This document shows positions 26,740-32,000 of a stretch of 32,000 nt of DNA, piece after piece. Position numbers and translations under genes: made by a program. Below the pieces are notes generated by a model. That model was not told the origin of the DNA. It was given only the letters and a program-made list of their open reading frames with translations, and made no database searches. Origin of the DNA: Candidatus Saccharimonadota bacterium (GTDB taxonomy: Bacteria; Patescibacteriota; Patescibacteriia; 2-12-FULL-60-25); the NCBI GenBank assembly GCA_023898425.1, contig CP060222.1, positions 720,001-752,000 of the forward strand, in the 5' to 3' direction. Within the stretch, counting starts at the first letter, position 1, and each line of letters starts with the position of its first letter.

Positions 26740-27117
26740 ATGACGACAAAAAAACCTTTGCGCAAAAAACGTGCGCCTGCAAAAAAATCTTCCACTCCTC
26801 GAGTGGTAAAGACCTCACCAAAAGCTGAGGCACAAGGACATCATCTCGCCTCTTGGCTTTTGATGTGGACCATGTTTGCCTGTGCACTTGTTGTATCGAT
26901 CGCCGCGCTCACACAAGTTGATTGGAAGTGGCTCACTTCCTACGCTTACGAACAAACACATCAAGAAGAAATCGCTCAAGATTTACTGATTCAAGCACTC
27001 GATAAAGCAACTTGCGAAATGGCGGCAAGCGCATCAGCTGCGTCTGAGGCAACCTGTGCCGCTATTGGATTTACCGCACCTGTGCTCACAACAAGTACCG
27101 CAACAACAACACAATAA
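26740..27117 (+). CDS. Hypothetical small membrane protein (basic N-terminus, one TM)
   Basis: The ORF track starts at TTG 26722; the first ATG is at 26740 (MTTKKPLRKKRAPAKKSS...). TM LASWLLMWTMFACALVVSIAALT. Ala/Ser/Thr-rich C-terminus. No family recognised. Confidence 0.45.
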   Translation: MTTKKPLRKKRAPAKKSSTPRVVKTSPKAEAQGHHLASWLLMWTMFACALVVSIAALTQVDWKWLTSYAYEQTHQEEIAQDLLIQALDKATCEMAASASAASEATCAAIGFTAPVLTTSTATTTQ

Positions 27118-27129
27118 TTTTTTTTCATA

Positions 27130-27160
27130 AAAACACCTCGACATAATATCGAGGTGTTTT
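27130..27160. terminator. Bidirectional rho-independent terminator (convergent hypothetical gene and rplL)
   Basis: AAAACACCTCGA-CATAATA-TCGAGGTGTTTT. A perfect 8-bp GC-containing stem, flanked by an A-run and a T-run that give U-tails on both strands. Confidence 0.8.
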
Positions 27161-27174
27161 TGGTACCGAGAGGA

Positions 27175-27564
27175 TTATTTAAGCGTAGCTTGACCGCCAG
27201 CTTCTTCAATCTTCTTTTTGATTTCTTCAGCTTCTGCTTTAGGAGCGTTTTCTTTTACAGCTTTTGGAGCTGCGTCAACGATATCCTTCGCTTCTTTGAG
27301 GCCGAGACCGGTCAATTCGCGAACGACTTTGATAACAGCAATCTTGTTGCTGCCAGCATTTGTCAATTCAACCGTGAAGGAGGATTGCTCTTCAGCGGCA
27401 GACGCTGGACCAGCTGCCATCATGACAGGAGCCGCAGCGGATACGCCGAATTTATCTTCGAGGAGGCTAACGAGCTCAGCAAGCTCGATAACAGTAAGTT
27501 TTTCGATCGCAGCGACTAAGTCCGTGAACTTTGCTGGGATCTCAACGTTCTTCATTTCCGACAT
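27175..27564 (-). CDS. rplL: 50S ribosomal protein L7/L12
   Basis: 129-aa ORF. N-terminal dimerisation region, Ala/Pro hinge, and C-terminal [21 protein letters not shown]...[19 protein letters not shown]. Confidence 0.95.
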   Translation of the reverse strand: MSEMKNVEIPAKFTDLVAAIEKLTVIELAELVSLLEDKFGVSAAAPVMMAAGPASAAEEQSSFTVELTNAGSNKIAVIKVVRELTGLGLKEAKDIVDAAPKAVKENAPKAEAEEIKKKIEEAGGQATLK

Positions 27565-27590
27565 AGGAATGTAAGTAAGATCTAAAGGGA

Positions 27591-28271
27591 TTATTCGGCT
27601 GCTGGAGCTTCTGGAGCTGGTTCAGCAGGTGCCTCAGGGGCGACTTCGACTGGAGCTTCGGCTGGAGCGGCTTCAGGTGCTGCTTCTGGAGCAGTTTCTG
27701 GAGCGACTTCAGCTGCAGGAGCTTCAGTAGCAGGTTCAGCAGGAGCTTCAGCAACCGGAGCGGCTGGAGCAGGAGCTGGGGAACCTTTTTCCTGTTCTTC
27801 CTTATAGGCGTTAAGCAAGCGCACGAAGGCACCAGCTGGACCATTGAGGACAGAAAGGAGTTGGCCGAGGAGTTGCGAACGGCTTGGGAGCTTGGAAAGC
27901 GTGGTGACGTATTCCTTGTCAACGATTTGGCCATCAAAGATACCACCTACCAATTTGATAGTCGTATCTTTACTAGCTTCACCGGTGAGCTTTGCTGGAG
28001 CCATTTCGTCCTCAGTGCCGATGGCGGCACCGATCATACCCGGAAAGGATTTGAAGTCGACGTCAAAACCAGCCTCTTTTGCTGCTACAGTGAGCAACGT
28101 TTTCTTAGCAACAACGTAACGAACACCTTCGGTAAACATCTTCTTACGAAGATCGGTGATGCTCGAAACAGTCATGCCTTGAAAATCAGAGAAGGCGACG
28201 GACTTTGCTTCCTTAAGGGCGGACGCAAGAGCGGCAACTTCCTCGTTCTTTTGAGAACGGGATTTTGGCAT
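27591..28271 (-). CDS. rplJ: 50S ribosomal protein L10 with a 63-aa Pro/Ala/Glu-rich C-terminal extension
   Basis: 226-aa ORF. L10 core ([36 protein letters not shown]...[24 protein letters not shown]), then [63 protein letters not shown]. Confidence 0.93.
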   Translation of the reverse strand: MPKSRSQKNEEVAALASALKEAKSVAFSDFQGMTVSSITDLRKKMFTEGVRYVVAKKTLLTVAAKEAGFDVDFKSFPGMIGAAIGTEDEMAPAKLTGEASKDTTIKLVGGIFDGQIVDKEYVTTLSKLPSRSQLLGQLLSVLNGPAGAFVRLLNAYKEEQEKGSPAPAPAAPVAEAPAEPATEAPAAEVAPETAPEAAPEAAPAEAPVEVAPEAPAEPAPEAPAAE

Positions 28272-28445
28272 AGGTGTAAATACCTAATGTGTAAAATAAA
28301 ACGACCGCAGAAACAACATGTCCTGCGGTCGATCGACCCCTCGTTCTCCACGTTATGAGGAGGTCTGAGAGGTATCACGATCCTCGGCGAGCGGTTTAAA
28401 CCATTATCCCTTACGGGGCTCAGCTGTCTTAGGACTGCGTTCGTT
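28272..28445 (-). promoter_or_regulatory. rplJ 5' leader (candidate L10-leader autoregulatory RNA) with an attenuator-like intrinsic terminator
   Basis: A ~175-nt untranslated region between the candidate promoter and the rplJ ATG. On the minus strand: CCC-GUAA-GGG (GNRA hairpin), GAGG..CCUC and CUCC..GGAG hairpins, then CGACCGCAG-GACAUGUUGUUU-CUGCGGUCG (plus 28302..28331), followed directly by UUUUAUUUU about 30 nt before the ATG. Confidence 0.5.
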
Positions 28446-28452
28446 TGCGCTA

Positions 28453-28481
28453 TTTATAGCGAAAACCCCGAGATTCGTCAA
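28453..28481 (-). promoter_or_regulatory. Candidate sigma70-type promoter for rplJ-rplL
   Basis: On the minus strand: TTGACG (plus 28476..28481), an exactly 17-nt spacer, then TATAAA (plus 28453..28458). The -35 box lies in the loop of the upstream gene's terminator hairpin. Confidence 0.5.
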
Positions 28482-28494
28482 GAACTCGGGGTTT
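28462..28494 (-). terminator. Rho-independent terminator of the 242-aa hypothetical gene
   Basis: On the minus strand: AAACCCCGAG-TTCTTGACGAAT-CTCGGGGTTTTC. It begins 7 nt after the stop codon and has a 7-bp GC-rich core stem plus a U-tail. Confidence 0.7.
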
Positions 28495-28500
28495 CAGAGC

Positions 28501-29229
28501 TTAAAATGTGCCATAGGTTGCCCATCTATCACCCTTAGACTCCATGCTCGCCTGAATTGAGCCGTTGCTCAGTACACGCAGACGACCTTCTGGAGGCAGT
28601 GCGCATGGTAGATAAAAACGGGGCTTTCCGAAGGCCTGTACAAACCACTTGCGACCCTTTGGGGTATAAATCGACGCACCAATCCACCAGACATTTGCAT
28701 GTGTAAACCCACAGGAAAGTATGTCAATATCTTCTGTGATAACACAACTTGGTGGTTTTTCGAGACTCTTAACCAACAGAACAGTATTACGTTCTTCGTC
28801 AGTGAACGGTAGGATAAAATTCCGATCTGGGTGATCAAATCCCATCCCCGATAACCAATGCTGATGATGTTTGGTCTCAATAACGTCAGTTGAGTCCGCA
28901 GCATAAATCACATTTTTATTTATCGGAAACTTTAATCGCTGAATGTAGTTTTCGATACTTTGACCATTCCACGCATCAAGGGTGACATGAATAAAAAGCT
29001 CATCACGCCAAGGAGCGAGACGCAGATCCGCTATTCTCATACGATGACTATCCAATTTAAGATATTTTTGCGGTAAGGCCTTGAGGGAAACTCGCTCATT
29101 CTTTACATCAAATGTGATCGTGCTTTGGTGATAGTAGAAGATCATCTCAAAGGTACCATCTTCTGAGTACCATCCTACTTCGGAACCATTATGCCGCTCT
29201 ACCTTGGACAATGATCGAGACATGGCCAC
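28501..29229 (-). CDS. Hypothetical protein (no recognisable family)
   Basis: 242-aa ORF with a strong SD (AGGAGGTG, 3 nt before the ATG) and its own terminator. No TM or signal peptide is apparent. Trp/His-rich; no motif I can name. Confidence 0.6.
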   Translation of the reverse strand: MAMSRSLSKVERHNGSEVGWYSEDGTFEMIFYYHQSTITFDVKNERVSLKALPQKYLKLDSHRMRIADLRLAPWRDELFIHVTLDAWNGQSIENYIQRLKFPINKNVIYAADSTDVIETKHHQHWLSGMGFDHPDRNFILPFTDEERNTVLLVKSLEKPPSCVITEDIDILSCGFTHANVWWIGASIYTPKGRKWFVQAFGKPRFYLPCALPPEGRLRVLSNGSIQASMESKGDRWATYGTF

Positions 29230-29280
29230 CTCCTAAAGAACTTGCTTCAACCTACACAAACAATTATTTTCCTTCAAGTC

Positions 29281-29652
29281 TTAATCACGAGTGGGCATCA
29301 ATAACCCATTAATCACATAAGAAAGCACTGAGTACACAATCGCTCCCCAAAACGCTGGCCAAAAACCAAGTACACTGAAACCTGGCACGAGACCAGCAGC
29401 GAGACCAAACATCAAACCATTAATAACAAGCGCAAAAAGACCAAACGTAATGATGGTGATTGGTAGCGCCAAGAGGTGCATCAATGGGCGGATAAGCGCG
29501 TTAATAATACCAAGAACTAATGCAGCTAAAATTGCTGTGCTATATCCCGAGACAACGATACCGGATACGAGCTTTGCAACAAGCAAAATAGCGACAGCAT
29601 TAAGAAGAAGACGTAAGATAAATTTAATCATAGAAGAGAGGTTATTCGTCAA
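29281..29652 (-). CDS. Phage holin family 4 / YvlD-like small membrane protein
   Basis: 123-aa ORF. IKFILRLLLNAVAILLVAKLVSGI...ALVLGIINALIRPLMHLLALPITIITFGLFALVINGLMFGLAAGLVPGF matches the 4-TM Phage_holin_4_2 (YvlD/DUF360) pattern. The likely true start is at MIKF (29631), which removes the overlap with xseB. Confidence 0.75.
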   Translation of the reverse strand: MTNNLSSMIKFILRLLLNAVAILLVAKLVSGIVVSGYSTAILAALVLGIINALIRPLMHLLALPITIITFGLFALVINGLMFGLAAGLVPGFSVLGFWPAFWGAIVYSVLSYVINGLLMPTRD

Positions 29653-29863
29653 TTATAGTACCACGAATTTCTTGGATTCGGTTTTGTGCCTCAGTAAGCT
29701 TTTCTTTGAGAGATTTTGCCAACTCGGTTGCACGCTCAAATTTTGCCATCCCTTCGTCGATATCTGTTTTGTCAGATTCAAACCAGGTGGCAATGTGTTC
29801 TAGCTCTTCGAAGGCTTTTGATACATCAACAGACGCATCTGTTTTTTTCTTTTTTGTCGTCAT
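29642..29863 (-). CDS. xseB: Exodeoxyribonuclease VII small subunit
   Basis: 73-aa helical ORF (FEELEHIATWFESDKTDIDEGMAKFERATELAKSLKEKLTEAQNRIQEI) immediately downstream of xseA. Confidence 0.85.
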   Translation of the reverse strand: MTTKKKKTDASVDVSKAFEELEHIATWFESDKTDIDEGMAKFERATELAKSLKEKLTEAQNRIQEIRGTIIDE

Positions 29864-29881
29864 AGGTAGTAATAGGATTTA

Positions 29882-31087
29882 TTAAAGCAATGTAGCCTGT
29901 TCGCCATCTATCGTGGCATGGACGGTACCATCTCGCAAACGGATATTGATATGCTGACCTGCTTTTAGTTGTTTGGCTGACGTAATAATCTCATCTTTTG
30001 CGAGCTCGATAATGGCATATCCGCGTGCCATAACAGCGGTAGGATCAACCGATTTTAAGAAACGCTCATACCCATCGACTCTCTGCAGTAAATGTATTAT
30101 CCAATGTTGCGCATAGGTACTCGTTGCTACCGCTAATTCTTGAGACCTATGCAATACGGTCACAAGCCATTTATCAACATTCGTAAAAATAGTGTGGATT
30201 ACTTGTGTATACTCATCAATAATCCCTTGCATACGATCACCGATAGCTTGCTCAAGCATTGATAGCTCATACAAAACATCTTCTTTATCTGGCACAAGTC
30301 GTCTTGCGCAATCTGTTGGTGTAGATCCACGCACATCTGCGACCTCTTCGGCGAGCGTTGTATCGCGCTCGTGGCCGATAGCAACCATGGTTGGCACTTT
30401 TGAGGCGTAGAGCTCTCGAACAAGCTGTTCATCATTAAATGCCATAAGCTCATCAAATGAACCACCACCACGAGTAAGGACTAATGCGTCATAATACCCC
30501 GCGCCATTTTCTTGTTCGCGTTTTTGGATTTGTTTTAAGGCTTTGATAATACTCGCCGGCGCTCGATCCCCTTGAACAACAACGTGAAATAACTCAATTT
30601 CTAACCCTGCCCAACGTTCGTTTATGATACGAATGATGTCTCCATAGGCTGCAGACTCGCGCGAAGCGACGAGTGCAATACGTTTAGGAAAGCGTGGCAA
30701 AGTACGTTTGCGTGATGGGTCAAATAATCCTTCAGTATCCAATTTTGCACGCAGTTGCGCGAGGGCTTTTTTTATTGCCCCTTCACCTACAAGCTCTAAC
30801 CGATCTACCGTAAAAGAAAACTTTCCGTATTTTGGATAGATGCGTGGCGTACCGTAAATACGTACCTTCATACCGTCTTCGAGCGGGACACGAAGCTTAG
30901 GTAAAACCATAAAAGCCGAGATCAGTCCCCCGTCATCTTTGATATCAAAGTTTACCCATTGACCTTGAGATACGCGAAAACCCGATACTTCGCCTTCGAT
31001 AGCAACAGCATCTCCGTCCCAAATTGCTTTGAGCGTATCGTTTATATAGCTAACAAAATCGCTAACGGTAAAAAACTGTGGGGTCAT
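29882..31087 (-). CDS. xseA: Exodeoxyribonuclease VII large subunit
   Basis: 401-aa ORF. N-terminal OB-fold (FTVSDFVSYINDTLKAIW..VAIEGEVSGFRVSQGQWVNFDIKD), catalytic region (IALVASRESAAYGDII, VLTRGGGSFDELMAFNDE, AIGHERDTTLAEEVAD). Confidence 0.92.
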   Translation of the reverse strand: MTPQFFTVSDFVSYINDTLKAIWDGDAVAIEGEVSGFRVSQGQWVNFDIKDDGGLISAFMVLPKLRVPLEDGMKVRIYGTPRIYPKYGKFSFTVDRLELVGEGAIKKALAQLRAKLDTEGLFDPSRKRTLPRFPKRIALVASRESAAYGDIIRIINERWAGLEIELFHVVVQGDRAPASIIKALKQIQKREQENGAGYYDALVLTRGGGSFDELMAFNDEQLVRELYASKVPTMVAIGHERDTTLAEEVADVRGSTPTDCARRLVPDKEDVLYELSMLEQAIGDRMQGIIDEYTQVIHTIFTNVDKWLVTVLHRSQELAVATSTYAQHWIIHLLQRVDGYERFLKSVDPTAVMARGYAIIELAKDEIITSAKQLKAGQHINIRLRDGTVHATIDGEQATLL

Positions 31088-32000
31088 TTGAGTATGATCC
31101 TGCCAGACCGTACACCGTCTGCCAACTCTAGGTCAGAACGCTTGGCGAGCTCTTCTAATCGTAAACGTTTTTGCTCACCTTCTAATAGATGTGGCTGACT
31201 GAGATCAATTCGTACTGGATACAGATCAATCCCTACGACTTTTTTCTCCACAACCACTAGTGAGGCGGCTAGACCGTATCGTGTTTCTTCTGACCAATCC
31301 TGATCGAAAATAAAGTTACCCAATGCCCACAGAATCGGCTTACCTTTATAGGTTGAGGCGCCTTGCGACCAATGAGGATGACCACCGATAACAACATCCA
31401 CTCCTTGATCAATCAACCAATGCGCCAATTCTACTGAGGATGCGTCTGGTTGCGCACGATACTCTGTCCCCCAATGTAAGTACGCGATTACAAGATCGTT
31501 TTGCTCTTTTGCTTTTGCGATAACCGCTTCGGCATCTTTTCGAATCACGGGATTGTCGGTAGAGTTCCATCCCAAAAACGCAACCTTGGTATCACCGATG
31601 GTCGCTGTTCCGAGTGCGATATCTCCATCCTCGACTTGCTCACCAAAAGCCAAAATCCCTTCTGCGGTTAGACGTTTTCTTGAATCCTCAAAACCAATGC
31701 GACCTTGATCAAAGGCGTGATTATTCGCTTGTGATACTGCATCAATCCCCTCTGATACCAATACTTTTAACCATTCGGGACGAAAAAGGAAATCTATACT
31801 CTTGACCGGTGAACGACGCTGATCTGTCACTGGCCCCTCAAGATTCGCCACTGCATAATCAAAGTTCTCAAACCATCGTAATGGGAGTTTAGCAAAAGGG
31901 TATGAGGGATTTTTTGATGCATCCGTTCTTGCTTGTACATTACGATCAAGCATAATATCACCAACAAAAAGAATGGTCGTTGTCGTAGGTTGAATGCCCG
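31084..32000 (-). CDS. CapA-family (PGA_cap) metallophosphoesterase-like protein (partial; N-terminus beyond the window end)
   Basis: The reading frame stays open upstream of the M at 31953 (..TTTILFVGDIMLDRNV, the typical CapA GDxMxxR start). Also NLEGPVT, ANNHAFDQG, HWGTEY and GGHPHW motifs. 4-nt overlap with xseA. Confidence 0.8.
   Translation of the reverse strand, partial: GIQPTTTTILFVGDIMLDRNVQARTDASKNPSYPFAKLPLRWFENFDYAVANLEGPVTDQRRSPVKSIDFLFRPEWLKVLVSEGIDAVSQANNHAFDQGRIGFEDSRKRLTAEGILAFGEQVEDGDIALGTATIGDTKVAFLGWNSTDNPVIRKDAEAVIAKAKEQNDLVIAYLHWGTEYRAQPDASSVELAHWLIDQGVDVVIGGHPHWSQGASTYKGKPILWALGNFIFDQDWSEETRYGLAASLVVVEKKVVGIDLYPVRIDLSQPHLLEGEQKRLRLEELAKRSDLELADGVRSGRIILK

Noticed and set aside
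27542-28358. ORFs overlapping rplJ on both strands (134 aa on minus, 91 aa and 165 aa on plus), and ORFs overlapping rplL (121 aa and 118 aa on plus).
   Set aside because: They overlap unambiguous ribosomal protein genes. The 134-aa one merely reads the Pro/Ala/Glu repeat DNA in another frame, giving Leu/Gln/Lys-rich low-complexity sequence.
28355-28366. Plus-strand ATGAGGAGGTCT, a perfect SD-like AGGAGG, in the rplJ upstream region, suggesting a plus-strand small gene.
   Set aside because: No suitably spaced start codon or ORF follows on the plus strand. On the minus strand the same bases (ACCUCCUCAU) fit into hairpins of the rplJ leader.
1-32000. Possibility of an alternative genetic code (UGA recoding, as in some CPR lineages) and of tRNA, rRNA or other standard RNA genes.
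   Set aside because: All family-recognisable genes are full length under the standard code without reading through TGA, and several end in TGA. No intergenic region is long enough, or looks cloverleaf-like enough, to hold a tRNA or rRNA. The only long non-coding stretches are the rplJ leader and the island promoter region.

Overview
The window is gene-dense, roughly 40-45% GC by eye, and almost all genes lie on the minus strand. Gene content suggests a small-genome bacterium, possibly Patescibacteria/CPR-like. That guess is an inference from a DUF4012 protein, a short TsaB-like gene, winged-helix regulators and tightly coupled operons. Recognisable blocks, left to right: (1) an AbrB-like gene followed by a MacAB-type efflux operon, with a very long coiled-coil HlyD adaptor, an ATPase and two paralogous FtsX/MacB permeases; (2) queA; (3) an envelope-glycan locus with a GH114-like hydrolase, two GT4 genes, a Wzy_C/O-antigen-ligase-like membrane protein and a methyltransferase; (4) the outstanding anomaly, a single-gene GC-rich island (about 11985-15010) encoding a 971-aa cysteine- and aspartate-rich lipoprotein built from nine tandem ~70-aa modules; (5) a long minus-strand operon of TsaB-like, GT2 synthase (QxxRW), GT2-like, GT2, DUF4012, MreB, GT4 and TrmB-family regulator genes; (6) a wHTH regulator divergent from a large membrane protein with a beta-propeller-like C-terminus that appears frameshifted near its 3' end; (7) rplJ-rplL, with a candidate promoter, a structured leader and an attenuator-like terminator, and an unusual Pro/Ala/Glu tail on L10; (8) an orphan hypothetical gene, a holin-4-family membrane protein, xseB, xseA and a partial CapA-family gene. 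I saw no tRNA, rRNA, CRISPR array, transposase or integrase. The best candidate for something new is the GC-rich modular lipoprotein island. Its function, its origin (horizontal transfer, native biased gene or assembly chimera) and any link to the adjacent TrmB regulator cannot be settled from sequence alone.
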